Part shown: one piece after another, positions 41,795 to 55,656 of the stretch
How positions within the stretch are numbered: position 1 is the first letter of the stretch
Layout: each line of letters begins with the position of its first letter
The notes under the pieces: model-generated
Seen by the model: only the letters and a program-made list of their open reading frames with translations
Databases searched by the model: none
What the model was told of the DNA's origin: nothing
Translations under genes and position numbers: made by a program
DNA from: the human T2T-CHM13v2.0 reference genome, Homo sapiens
Length of the DNA stretch: 64,000 bases
NCBI RefSeq assembly: GCF_009914755.1
Contig: NC_060937.1
Strand: one strand, 5' to 3'

Positions 41795-42445
41795 AAATAG
41801 TAGCTCACATTCATTGAGCGGTTCTTATCTGCCATGCCATGTGCTAACTACTTTAAGTCTATGAACACACTGAATTCCTTCAAAAACCATATTGTCTTAG
41901 TCTGCTTGGGCAGCCATAGCAAAACACCATAGACTGGGGTGCTTAAACAACAAACATTTATTTCTCACAGTTCTGGAGGCTGGGAAGTCTGAGATCAAGG
42001 CATGGGGAGATTGAGTGTCCCATGAGGGGTTCTCTTCCTGGCTTGCAGATAGTTGCCTTTTTGTTGTAGCCTCACAAGGTGAAGACTAAGCGAGAAGCAA
42101 GCTCTCTCCTGTTTCTTCTTATAAGGACACTAATCCCATCTATGAGGGCTCCACCCTCATGACTGAATTTCCTCCAAGAGGCCCTATCTCCAAATACCAT
42201 CACAGTGGAATTTAGGGGTACAACATATACATTTTTTCAGGGACACAAACATTCAGTTCATAGCACTTAGGAAGTAGTTGCTACTGTTGTTCCTGGAGTA
42301 CAAAAGATGAACTAAGCCATAGCAAAGTTAGGTAGCTTGCCCAAAGGTCACATAGCTGATGAAAGGTGGGATTTGAGCCCAGGCAGCCTGACTCCAAACA
42401 GTACAACTCTCACATCCATGACTGCTATGCTATTTTGCCTCCCTA
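41795..42445 (-). mobile_element. MIR split by an MLT1A LTR
   Basis: aatagtagctcacattcattgagcg.. on the left, and gcttgcccaaaggtcacatagct..gggatttgagcccaggcagcctgactcca on the right. Confidence 0.85.
41893..42265 (-). mobile_element. MaLR LTR (MLT1A0-like)
   Basis: tgtcttagtctg..tttatttctcacagttctggaggctgggaagtc..ggacacaaacattcagttcatagca. Confidence 0.92.
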
Positions 42446-44124
42446 GTGGCCAGTGGTTGTGGTAGCTGGTGTATTGTGAATAAGGGTAAGTTTTTGGAAA
42501 TCTTGGAACCTGCAGATATTTGAAGGAGATTCTGAACAGGTGTTAGCAACTGCTTAGCAATGAATGTTACTGGTGGGGTTCAGGAGGTTTAGGATGTAGA
42601 CAGGAAAAGGAGACATCGAGTAACAGAGAGAGACAGTCGGAAATAGGCAGGCACAAAAAGAAAATAATAAAAAATAAAATAAAAGTAAAAGAGAGAGGAA
42701 GAGGGAGAGAAATCAGCTATGGTACAGAATGATGGGGTATCACAAACCTACTCCTTAGTGACATTTGGTGGCATCCTTGCTCTCTGATGCTTTGACTTAG
42801 TCCCAAGGGACCTGACATAATTAAACATGACCTTCTTTTCCCCCTCTTCAGAAAATAAGTCTCGTTATATTATGAGCATGTTGTGATATCAGCAAGTTAA
42901 GAGACATTCACTTGTGATAGGATGCCTTATAAAAATATATAAAATGTTGTTACGTAAGTCTTAGGTAATAGACATAAAGCAATACTACAATTTCAAGATG
43001 TAACTGCTAAATGTAAAAATAAAATTTAAGAATAATAAATGTCCAACAGTCAGGCTTCTCTTCCTGTCACTTTTGGGAACTATTACCCTAGATGAGAAAA
43101 TACTGACCCAAAATACTGTGTTACACACTCAAGTGCTGATTTTTGTGGCATCCTTTCTGTGAGTGTGTAAATAATGGCTTATCCAACATAATGGAAACAT
43201 TTCCAGAATTTTCTAAATGATCTCCCAAAGCAGCTGAAAATAGCTTTAGTGTGGAACAAATTTATTCCTTTGTAATTGCTGCTTTCCATCCTGTGCAATC
43301 ACATGGGGGAATTCCCAAAAGATAGGCAGGCTGCGGTTTAAATCCATCAAAAACATGCAAGAAAATATGAACAGGCAGGCTTCCACTAAATTTCAAAAGC
43401 ACTAATGAGAACAGCAAGTGGGTCATGAAAGGGAGCCCCATCATAGAATGTTCTCCCCACATTCCTCCCAGCACTGAGCCCTTTTAGGTGGAGGAGCTTG
43501 CCATTTGGGAAATATTTCTAAGGATTCTCAAAGTATAACTCAGGCTGAGATGGAATATTTGAGTGTTGCCTAGTTTGTGCCTGGGTTTGTCCAACTTACA
43601 CATGACTTTTAAACTCATACCTCCCTGTAGCTCTCTCTGTCACCTAGAGAATTACTGACATATGCAAAGTACTCAGCAAACACTTGGATTGAAATGAATT
43701 GAGGAAAACACATTTGCAGGAATTATTTACTTGTCTTCATTTGTTCTAAAAATACATTGCACATCAAGACAACTTCACATGGGTAGACTTCTAGTTATTT
43801 GATGAAGGAATTTATTGAAGCCCTTTAAAAATTCCTTTCATAAGCACACAGAGAAAAGATATACATCTCTTCTTTACGCTCAATAAAAACTGTATGTCAC
43901 ATTAAAAATAGAACTAAGAAAATGGTGGAAAATGGTTCCATGCATACCTTTTCTGCAAAGGGCTTTTCTTTAAGACTTTTGCTGTACCAGTGCTTTTAAT
44001 TGGATATTGTTTTAAATGTAAAAGCAATCTGTTGGTTCAGGCTGTTTCTGATATTAATGGTTCTGAATTTAACTTTGCCACTGTGTCTCTGAGACGCTGC
44101 ATGAAGAATCGATACTTCTGTTTC

Positions 44125-44505
44125 TTTACCTTCTATGCCATTGTGTGACCTTGAGGAAGTTTCTTATTCATTTTAGGTCTCAGTTTACCCACCTCTAATA
44201 AGGACCTAAATAATGCAGGGATTTTTTTAATAACATTTGAATAATAGATGTCAGAAAAAGCTTTTAGATTTAGAATTTGAAACCGCCGTATAGTTGGCAG
44301 TGATAATAATAGTAATAGCTTGGATTAACAGAGAACTTTTCTTCCAAAAACTCTCACTACTTTTAATTATTTTTCCATTTGTCCTCAAAATACTCTTAGT
44401 AGGTAAGAATGAGACAGTCTCAGGTTCCTCATTTTACAGATGAAAACATGAAACAGGATGCTGGAATGAGTACTGATTTTCAAAAACAGAATTTCTGATT
44501 CCAGG
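44125..44505. mobile_element. Two opposed MIR fragments
   Basis: tgtgtgaccttgaggaagtt..tctcagttt (plus) and cctcattttacagatgaaaa (minus). Confidence 0.65.
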
Positions 44506-46492
44506 AATATTTCCTGATTTTAAAATGGGAAAAGTATTTTCACCATGTACTATATACAAGTGGGGAAACTTCCCATGAAGGCTGCCTCTGCAAGTTGCAG
44601 CTGCCATTAATTCATCTCTTAAATAGGATAGGAAACCATCTTTTGTAGCTATCGCTTATTTTCCTATTGAATGCTGCCTTTCCATTTAGATGGTGATTAC
44701 TGTTTCAGTGCTCAATGCAATCAGTGAATGGAGAGAGAGATCCATGTTATTTCTGCTCCTGTGAAACTGATTACATTGGTATAGTCCTGGATAAGCACTT
44801 ATAAGGTACGTACAAATATCATTATGCTGCCATACAGGTTATCCATATGCTGGCATTATGGTTTTCAGATGACTTCCACCTGTAGCAGTGTGTAACTGAA
44901 AACCAATCACTCCTCTCCTGAGAACATCACAATTCCTGCTGCTGAAATGGAAATTGACAGGAGTTAGATACAGCTGTACCTGATCGTCAAGGGATAAATT
45001 ATTTTGTGTAATTGTTAGAGCCTTGCTAAGACCTAATGGAATGAACATGTTGTTTTCCACACCCGTGGGTATGGATAGTTCTTACAAATATTGTGTGCTT
45101 GGATTTAAAGTAGTGTGAGACTGTCAGTCTGTTGACAATGAGAAAAATTAATTTGAACTGCTGATGAGGAAGGGAAACATACACAATGAATTAAATTTAA
45201 TAGACTGAAAAAAATTGGTTTCTTCTTACTATTTCCGTGTGGGAATATGTCAGACTTCATTTAACTCAAATAACTACAGATATGAAGGACAGCCACACTG
45301 CAGCCTCTGTTGGAGAATTCTGCTGGCAATTTGGTGCATCCACTATAGACACTGTTTTGGTCAAACTTACCTTTTAATGTGAAATGGAATGATGTATGTC
45401 CTGAGCAGAAAACAGAGTGTTTGGCTGTCAAGGACAAATCAGACATTGTTTCTTTTCACTATCCTTTGTGGTTTTGCCTTTTCAGTAATGAACAATGGAG
45501 TAAGGCCAGACCCTGATTGGGATCTCTTTCTGAGATCCTAAGAAGAGAGCTCTGATCTCTGGAAGAGGAGGTAGGGTTTTGCAACTAGGATCTCACTCAG
45601 AATAATAGTTTTGCTTTCAGTTTTCTGCAATTAATATAAGGCCCTGGAAAATTAATGGGCATAGATAGCTTGTTGCTTTTTCTCTATATCTCTACTTACT
45701 TTTATAGCCTAACAGCTCATAAGAACGGCTCCAGTCACTGCTACCATGTCCTTGCTATTCTACTTTATTTTATTAATAATAATAACATTATTATCTCTCT
45801 AAAAAGGCTACGCGCATCTTAAAAATGTAAACAATTAAAAAAGACAAGGAAAGTGAGCATCCTATTCAGGTAGAATCATCGTTATTATTTGGTGAGCATC
45901 ATTCCAGAAAAATAAAATCAAAATAACTTTAGAATGTATTATACCATACACATCATTTTAAGATTAACTATTCAGTTGAATTTTACTTGAAGTTAACAAA
46001 AGAAGCTGACAGAACCTAACACAACTGAAATTCAGGTGGGTACTTTACCAAAAATATTGGAACCTGAAAGTGTCTAAGGTTAAAAATAAGAGTGACGAAG
46101 AACTTTAAGAGTTGAAATTACAATGCTTGTTATACCTACATGTTTGAAATTTAGACTTTACCTATTGACTCTCTGCTGTGAAAGAGGAGGAAATTAGCAC
46201 ATTTGTACCCTTTGATATCCACCGCCCACTATTTTTATGAGTTACATGATTATGTTTTATGTTGTCATAGCTTATAACACTCAAATTTCGCAGGGTAATA
46301 TTAATCCCCACGGTTTCATAATTGCCATTGGATATTTAAATTAATAGACTGCTGAACTCAAGTCTTTCTACTATAAGTTTTCTACTTGTAGTTTTCATTT
46401 TTTTTGCCTTTATTTATTCCATAACTGGCTGGATCTGTTCAGTAGCCATCCCCCTACACCCCCGATCCTCCACAACCCCTGGCATAATTTTC

Positions 46493-48716
46493 TTTTTTCT
46501 ACAGTAGCTTTTGGGGCACTACTGGTTTTTTGTTACACAGATGAATTATATAGTGGTGAATTCCGAAATTTTAGGGCACCCATCACCTGAGTAGTGTACA
46601 TCGTACCTAATGTGTAGTTTTTTGTATCCCTAAGCCCCTTCCAATCCTCCTCTTCCTGAATCTCTAAGGTCTATTATATCATTCTGTATGCCTTTGTGTA
46701 CTCATAGCTTAGCTCTCACTTATAAGTGAAAACATATGGCTTTTGGTTTTTCACTCCTGTATTACTTCACTTAGAATAATGGCCTTCAGCTCCATCTAAG
46801 TTGCTACAAAAGACATTATTTTGTTCTTTTTATGACTGAGTAGTATTTCATGGTGTATATATACCACATTTTCTTTATCCACACATTAGTTGATGGATAC
46901 TTAGGTTGGTTCCATATCTTTACAGTTTTGAATGTGCTGCTATAAACATACGTGTGCAAGTGTCTTTTTCATATAATGACTTCTTTTCCTTTGAGAAGAT
47001 ACCTAGTAGTGGGATGGCTGGATCAAATGGTAGATCTCCATATAGTTTTCCATAGAGGTTGTACTAATTTATATTCCTACCAGTAGAATATATGCTTTCC
47101 CTTCTCCCTGCATCCAGGGCAACATCTCTTGTTTTTTGACTTTTTAATAATGGTCATTCTTGCAGGAGTAAAGTGGTATCTCATTGTGGTTTTACTTTGC
47201 ATTTCTCTGATGATCAGTGATGTTGAAAGTTTTTTCATATCGTTATTGGCCATTTGTACATCTTCTTTTGAGAAATGTCTATTCAAGTTCTTTGCCCACT
47301 TTTTCATGGGATTATTTGTTTTTTCTTGCTGATTTGTTTGAGTTCCTTGTAGATTCTGGATACTAGTCCTTTGTCAGATTTGTAGTTTGCAAATATTTTC
47401 TCCCATTCTGTGTGTTGTCTGTTTACTCTATTATTTCTTTTGCTCTATGGAAGTTTCTTAGTTTAATTAGGTCCCATTATTTTTCTTTTTGTTGCATTTG
47501 CTTTTGGGGTCTTAGTCATAAATTATTTGCCTAAACCAATGTCTAGAAGAGTTTTTCCAATGTTGTCTTATAGAATGTTTATAGTTTCACGTCTTATATT
47601 TAAATCTTTGATCCATCTTGAGTTGATTTTTGTATAAGGTGAAAGATAGGGATCCAGTTTCATTATTCTACATGTTGCTTCCAATTATCCCAGCACTATT
47701 TATTAAACAGGGCATCCATGCCCCAATTTATGTTTTTGTATGCTTTGTCAAAGATCAGTTGGCTGTGTGTATTTGGCTTTGTTTCTGGGTTCTCTATTCT
47801 GTTTCATTGGTGTATGCGACTACTTTTATACCAGTAACCTGCTGTTTTAGTAACGGTAGCCATGTAGTATAATTTGAAGTCTGGTGATATTATGCTTCCA
47901 GATTTGTTCCTTTTCCTTAGGATTGCTTTAGATATTTGGGCTCTTTTTTGGTTCTATATAAATTTAGGATTGTTTTTTCCAATTCTGTGAAAAATTATCT
48001 TGGTATTTTGACAGGAATTGCATTTAATCTGTAGATTGCTTTGGGCAGTATGGTCATTTTTACACTATTGATTCTCCCAATCCATGAGCATGGGATGTGT
48101 TTCCATTTGTTTGTGTCATCTATGATTTATTTCAGCAGTGTTTTGTGGTTCTCCGTGTAGAGATCTTTCACCTCCTTAGTTAAGTATATTCCTAGGTATT
48201 TTTATTTTATTTTATTTTATTTTATTTTATTTTATTTGCAGCTGTTGTAAAAGGAATTGAGTTCTTGATTTGATTCACAGCTTGGTCATTGATGTATAGC
48301 AGTGCTACTGATTTGTGTACACTGATTTTATAACCAGAGACTTTAATCAATTTTTTTTATCAAACCTAGGAGTCTTTAGGATTTTCTGGGTATACAGTCA
48401 TATCATATGCAAACAGTGGTAGCTTGACTTCTTTTATAATTTGGATGCTTTTTATTTCTTTCTCTTGCCTAATTGCTCTGGCTAGGACTTCCAGAACTGT
48501 GTTGAATAGGAGTGGTGAAAGTAGGCATTCTTGTCTTGTTGCCACCCTTCCAGCCTGGTGCTGGGGAATGTCTGCAAGGAATCCGATGATGTGACCTGTC
48601 CTCAAGTTTCCCCACCATGGGTAGCAGCAGCTCTAATGGGGGTGGCAGAGGAATGATGCCCACTCTGTGAGATTTCTTGGTGATTGATAGCCTTAGTGTG
48701 TTGGCTTTCTTGAACA
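46493..48716 (-). mobile_element. L1PB-like element with a large internal deletion (ORF2 RT joined to a 5' region); contains (TTTTA)n at ~48198-48236
   Basis: 3'UTR plus ORF2 peptides ([37 protein letters not shown]). TSD core gcataattttc (46482-46492, 48721-48731). Confidence 0.93.
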
Positions 48717-48734
48717 CCCAGCATAATTTTCAAC

Positions 48735-51700
48735 CTCAGTTCTAGAGAATGGATTGTTCCTGCTCCTTAGTTCATGTGACACAATCCCTCTTTTAAAAAA
48801 ATTATTATTAACATTATTAATGTTATTATTAATTCTATTTTATTCCCTAGTGTCATTCTCCTCACTCAGCCCCACAGATAAGCATTCTAACGTGTTTGAT
48901 GTATATCTCATGCATTTGATGAGTTTTTGCTTTCTTGTAAAACATGTAGTGTTGTTTTTTTACATAAGTGACATTGTGCTAAAGGCCTCATTGAATTTCT
49001 TGCTTTTCACTCTACATGATATTTACAGCTTTTATTTATGTTTCTGCATGTATCATCAAGTTTGTTGCTTTGACCACTGCATATATTTCTGTATAATTTT
49101 TTGTCCAAAATGGGATGCTTTGGAAACTGAAAAGGGCCTATTGATAATTACACCAGGACAGTAGTCTAGATGTAAGTTGGGATTGACTCAGCACACTGAG
49201 ATGCATGGTCACCTTACCCACCTTTTCTACATGTTTTATCTTTTCAGCACTGTGTTCATGGATACCTGGATTGTATTAAACACTCTGCCATCACTGACCA
49301 TGCTGAGATGGACACGCTTTACATATATGAAACTGAGTGAAAATTTTTTTTAGGAATTTATACCTAGAGGTTGCCGGGTCAGAGTTGAACAATGTGATAG
49401 ACTTTACTAATAGCTACTTTATGCTCCAGGATGACTGCAGCTGTGTAAGCTTTATCATCAGTGCAGGAGGATTCCCATATCCTCATCCCTCCAATAGCCC
49501 ACAGTAGGCAGCAGTCTAGTTTTTCACAATCTGATGGCTTCAAAGTAATGGATCAATGTTATTTTAACTTGAATTTCTCTAAGAACTAATGAATTTGAGC
49601 TTGCTAGCTTTTGAGTTTCTTCCTTCATTGAATTGCCTACATGTATACTTAGCCCATTTTTAAAATTCTGTTTCTTATTTTTGTTTGTTTGATTTTGATT
49701 TATGGGCATTCTAGATATGATTCCCTTGTTGGTGTTAGATTGTGAACATCTCCCGATCTATCATTTTTGTTTGTCTATTAACTTTGCACTTGGTGTCCTT
49801 AGGTGAACAGAATTTTTTAATTTAATCAAATCCATCAGTGTTGGTTTGTGTCTGTGCCTTGAGGCTTACGTTTAAGAAGTCCTTCTGCATTCCTAAGTTA
49901 TGACAATCTTTTCCATCATTTTGCATTTAATTTCTTTGTTTTAATTCCCACACTTTGGTTTGAAATCTTCTTTTGTATACTCTGTTGGACAGGAATTCAG
50001 TTTTACTTTTATCCAGATAATGAGCCAATTTCCCCCATATTATTTACTAGACAGACTAATATTTCTCAGTTGGTTTAAGGTACCAACTTTATCGTATATG
50101 TATGTACAAAATTACATCTAGAAACTCCTTTCAATTATGTATCTCTCTATATAGAAAGACATATAATTATATATAGAGAGAGATTATTTCTTTCTCTTGC
50201 CTAATTGCTCTGGCTAGGACTTCCAGAACTGTGTTGAACAGGAGTGGTGAAAGTAGGCATCCTTGCCTCATTGCCACTCTCCAGTCTGGTGCTGGGGAAT
50301 GTCTGCAAGAACATTCTCTATATAATTATATCTTGAAACTCCTTTTCTTGCACCAGTACCATATTGTATTTGTTACTATGACTCTGGTATATTCTAAAAA
50401 TACCTCTTAGGGCAAGTGCCCTGTCTGCTTTTCTTTCACAATATTGAACTAACTGTTCTTGAAACTTTTATTGAAATTTTCAAATAAGTTTTAGGATGAG
50501 TTTATCAAAATTCTCCAAAAATCCATTTGGAACTCTTGATTGTGGCTGTACTGAATTTTATACTGACTAATGAATAATTGACTACTCCTTAATATCCAGT
50601 GTTCGCATTGAAGAGTATGAAGTATCCATCTATTGTGGGTGTTTTTTTTGTTGTTGTTCTTCAGTGGGTTTAAAATTTTTCTATTATACATTAGGGAATC
50701 ATGAATTATTTTTAACTTGCTACACATTTATCAATTTGTTGCCATTGTGAGTGGTTTATTAGTTATTTTTTCTAGTAGTTCATTGTTGTAGAAAAATGTC
50801 ACTATTCTTATAAGTTTATTTTGTACCTGTCAACCTCACAGAACCCTCTTATTAATTCCAGTGGTTTATCTGTTGATTCAATTGTTTTTTTTCTGTGGGT
50901 AATTATATCATCCATAAATAATAAAGGTTGTTTTTTTCTTCCTCTCTCTTTTCTGATCTTTAACCTCTCATTTTTTTGTTGTTGTTGTTGTTTCTTATAG
51001 TATGGGCAGATCTTTCACTACAGGAGGAGCGATAGTATTGCTCAAAACTTTTAAGGACGGCATCATAGATGTTGTCATCCCTTGGTTCTTATACGCTTGA
51101 GAATATCTTTCTGTTACACCAATTGTATGATTCTAAAGTTATTGAAAAAGAATCTTTTCCTTGAAATTCTATGGACTTCTGCACTGTCACATAGCTGTGT
51201 GTGTTGCTTTGGATAAATCTGAGATCAAACTGTATTTTTCTCTTTTTAAATGCCTTTCTTCCCCCTCCCCCCTTTACTGGATGTCTGTGTTATCTCTCTC
51301 CTTATCCTTGAAGTCCAGTGACTTTCCACAATATATTTTGGCCTTGATCTTTCTGTGTATTTTTTTTTTCTGGGGCGAGATCTAAAGATTCCAGCCTTTA
51401 TTTTAGAAAAGTTTTTCTATCTTGTCTTTGAACACTTTTTAAAAATTTATTCTTTCCCCTGTTCTCTGCTTTCTGCTCATTTGGGGTTTTCTTTTCTTTT
51501 CATGTCTGTATGCATTGCCATAATAATTTAAATAACTTTGCTAATTTCCATTTTGTTTCATATAATTTTCACCATGATACTGACATTTTTAATGTATATT
51601 AGTTCTAGTTTTTATAAGTTTGTATTTATCTTTCCCTTCCACTTCTTGGCTGAGCTCTGCCAGGTTACTTTTTATTTCCTTACATTGTCTTAAATATTCT

Positions 51701-51760
51701 TTGAACTCTTGTATCTTTTCTTTAAAATCATCATACTGTCTATAATTTATTTGAGGCAAC
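48735..51760 (-). mobile_element. Patchwork of very old L1M fragments
   Basis: T-rich with degenerate L1 motifs (gttattttaacttgaatttctct, tttaagaagtccttc, caccagtaccatattg, ttatatcatccataaata). Confidence 0.65.
49088..49216. mobile_element. MER94-like hAT-Blackjack relic
   Basis: tataattttttgtccaaaatgggat..taattacaccaggaca..atggtcacctta. Confidence 0.65.
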
Positions 51761-51769
51761 AGAGAACTG

Positions 51770-51865
51770 CAGTCATGTGTTGCTTAAAAATAGAGATACT
51801 TTCTGAGAAATGCATTGTCAGGTGATTTCATTATGCACCATCATAGAGTGTACTTACACAAACTA
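51770..51865. mobile_element. Tigger3 (TcMar) terminal fragment
   Basis: cagtcatgtgttgctta..ttctgagaaatgcattgtcaggtgatttc..catcatagagtgtacttacacaaac. Confidence 0.85.
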
Positions 51866-51879
51866 AGGTAAGAGGATTT

Positions 51880-52500
51880 TTAAATAGGGTGATGATAGAA
51901 GTGGTTCAGTAGGAGGCCATCTTTGAGCAGAGGCCTATATTGTTGAGATGCAATGAGAAGGAGACCTGTGACTATTGAAGGAAAGTTTCCAAGCAGAGAG
52001 GAGGCCCTGAGACAGGAATGTTCTAGAAGTGTGTGAGGAAGAATAAGGAGTGCAGTGTGGTTGTAGCGTTGTGGGAGAGGAGAGTTAGGAGATACGCAGT
52101 GAGAGGGTGGGCAGGAGCCTGACCGTGAGCCTTGCGGGGCCTCAGTGCGATGAGAAGCAGTAGGGATGTGAGTAGGGAAGTCACATGATGTGGCTGATTT
52201 TTCAAATGGTCGCTGTGGATGTGGTATCGAGAGTAGAGGAACAAGAGCAGAAGAGGGGGACAGAGAGATGAGTAGGAATCAATTGTCATAACCCTGAGAT
52301 TCAGTGATACCAGCGTGCAGTAGGTTGATGGAAGTAGAGCGAATGAGAATTTCCTGGATTTGGGCTTTATATTGAAGGTGCAGCCAGCAGGATTTGGTGA
52401 TTAATTCAATGTGAGATATAAAGTTTGAAAGGAGTTCAATTTCAAGGTTTTTCTCGCTCTGATCATTGGGATGAATGGAGATGCCATTTTCTACAGGTGG
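51880..52500 (-). mobile_element. L2 fragment
   Basis: catctttgagcagaggcct..ggccctgagacaggaatg..tatattgaaggtgcagccagcaggattt. Confidence 0.8.
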
Positions 52501-52501
52501 C

Positions 52502-52855
52502 TGCTGTGGACTGAATTGTGTCCCCACTCCCTAAATTCATGTTAAAACCCTAACCTCCAATGTGACAGTATTTGGAGATGGGGCTTTTAGGACGTAATTA
52601 AGGTTGGATGAGGTCATAAGGGTGGGCCCTGATCTGATAGTATTAGTGGCCTTAGAAGAAGAGGAGGTCATGTGAGCACACAGCGAGAAGGCGGCTGCCG
52701 ACACGCCAAGAGAAGAAAGGAGGCCTCAGAGGCAATCGTACCTTGCTGGCACCTCCATCTTGGACTTCCAACCTCCAGAACTGTGAGAAATAAATGTCTC
52801 TTGTTTTAGCTGCCAGTCTGTGGTATTTGTTATGGCAGCTTGAGCAGACTAATCT
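52502..52855 (+). mobile_element. MaLR LTR (MLT1A0/MSTD-like)
   Basis: tgctgtggactgaattgtgtcccc..ttggacttccaacctccagaactgtgagaaataaa..gcagactaat. Confidence 0.92.
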
Positions 52856-53657
52856 GGTAACCCTGAGTAAGGTGCCTTTTATTTATTCACTTTTGTGATC
52901 TTGAAGAGGAGTTATTCATCAAACTGTTTGACTTTTGACAAGTTAAATTTAAGATACTCTTAGGCATGCAAGTGATTGTCTGGTAGCAAGAAGTTCAGGG
53001 AATAAGTACTAATAAAGATGAAGGTAAACTAATAGTAATTTCTAATAAAAACTTAGATTAGTATTTGAAAGTCAGAGCCACCTCAAGGCAACAATGATTA
53101 TGCACTAAAAACAAAGTGTCTTCTCTGAAATTGTCAAGAATTTGATCTATCTCTATGTGCACCTTTGCCTGGAAAGTAGGAGACTTGCAGTTGATTGGCA
53201 GCTGCGCACACCTTCCCTGGAGTCCACATTAACTTTAGGAATAATATAACATTAGTTTGCAAATGCCAAATATTGGTAAACTTGAATAAACCATGAACAC
53301 GCAGCTCTAATAAAAATTAAAATCTGTGGGGTTCCTTGTTATTCCTTTATGAGAATTGAAGACAGCAATTATTATTGATTGAATGAGTCCACAGTACACT
53401 AGGAGACTTTCTAAGTCCAAATTGTGGGGATTGGACCATGATTTGAAGCACTCAGTTAGCAAGCTCCTTGCTAATAGTAGGCATGAGGGGATGGCGTTGT
53501 TCACATTTTAGTAGAGTTGCTTCTGCTTTATTCTTTCCTGCACATGCAGAGCACATTCACGTTTTATGCATTTACATGTGCTAGGAAGCCTTTTCCCTGA
53601 TCTGCCTTTGCACACTCTTACTCATCTTTCTCCTTTCATCTTACATGCTACCTCCTC

Positions 53658-54002
53658 TGATATGGTTGGCTGTGGCCCGACCCAAATCTCGTGTTGAATT
53701 GTAATCCCCATAATCCCCACGTGTCGAGAGAGGGATGTGGTGTGAGGAGAGATGTGATGGTTTTATGTGTTTGACAGTTCTTTCTTCCATGCTCTCTCTC
53801 ACCTGCTGCCATATAAGACATACCTCTTCCCCTTCTGCCATGATTGTAAGTTTCCTGAGGCCTCCCCAGCCATGCAGAACTGTGAGTTAATTAAACAAAC
53901 CTCCTTTCTTTATAAATTACCCAGCCTTAGGTATGTCTTTATAGTGGTATATAGTCTAAGATACTTTATAGCAGCGTATAGTATAGTCTAAGATACTATT
54001 CA
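53658..54002 (+). mobile_element. THE1 (THE1D-like) LTR, internally deleted, rearranged 3' end
   Basis: tgatatggttggctgtg..ccatgattgtaagtttcctgaggcctccccagccatg..tttataaattacccag. Confidence 0.9.
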
Positions 54003-54156
54003 GACTCCCTAAAGTAGACAGGGGCTCTTTATGCCATAGACTCCTACTGAAATTCTGTGCAGAGTTCCATTTTACCAGTTCTTTTGTTGCATTGTTATTC
54101 TAGTACACTCTATTGTTTGTCTAGATGATGATGTTGAAGATGCTAACAGCATTAAC

Positions 54157-54447
54157 TTTTTTTTTTTTTTTTGAGACACAGTCTTGGTTTGTCAGCCAGG
54201 CTGGAGTGCAGTGGGGTGATGTCGGCTCAATGCAACCTCTGCCTCCTTGGTTCAAGCGATTCTCCTGCTTCAGCCTCCTGAGTACCTGGGACTAGAGGCA
54301 CACACCACCATGCCTAGCTATTTTTTTTCTGTATTTTTAGTAGAGATGGGGTTTCACCATGTTGGCCAGGCTGGTCTTGAACTCCTGACCTCAAGTGATC
54401 TGCCCCCAAAGTGCTGGGATTATGAGTGTGAGCCACCATTCCCGGCC
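54157..54447 (-). mobile_element. AluSx/Sz-like SINE with a small left-arm deletion
   Basis: Dimeric Alu. gatctgccc|ccaaagtg lacks the gcctcggcctc segment. Confidence 0.95.
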
Positions 54448-54858
54448 AACATTTATATCATACTTACTTTGTGGCTGACAAATGCCCTGTTTACTTAACT
54501 TATACCTCTCATCTCTATATTCACACATATATTGAGTACTTAATAGATAGTCAGTAATTATCAATTAAACAGTTACATGTTGAGTAGTATTCTTCTGGAT
54601 TGTCACAAAAAATAGCAAAACATTGTCCCTTCCTCATATATTTTGTTGAAATATATATGCTATCAAATTATTATTTTTTAAATAAATATTTAATTTATAT
54701 CTTCAGTTTTCTTTCTATGCGTAGCATAAAACAGCAGAAAACTCTTATTGGTTCAGAGTGATCATTTGCATTAGAATTTCAATGAACACATTTAAAAGAA
54801 TTGCATTTACCCTAGTCTTGGTGGACTGACAACCTAAATAGTTTTCAAAATTTTTAGA

Positions 54859-55591
<733 letters not shown>

Positions 55592-55656
55592 TTGGTCTTT
55601 TATATTTTCCTTGACATAGAAACTTTGATAACTGTAGTAGCCCATGCACCTTTCTT

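Noticed and set aside
42436-42453. CTCF-like gcctccctagtggcca (also 11322-11335 and 29034-29047)
   Set aside because: Each has mismatches at core positions and cannot be supported without ChIP data.
44859-44905. Hairpin with a 10-bp perfect stem (tggttttcag / ctgaaaacca)
   Set aside because: Short for a pre-miRNA, no basal stem extension, matches no miRNA I recall, and one or two such stems are expected by chance.
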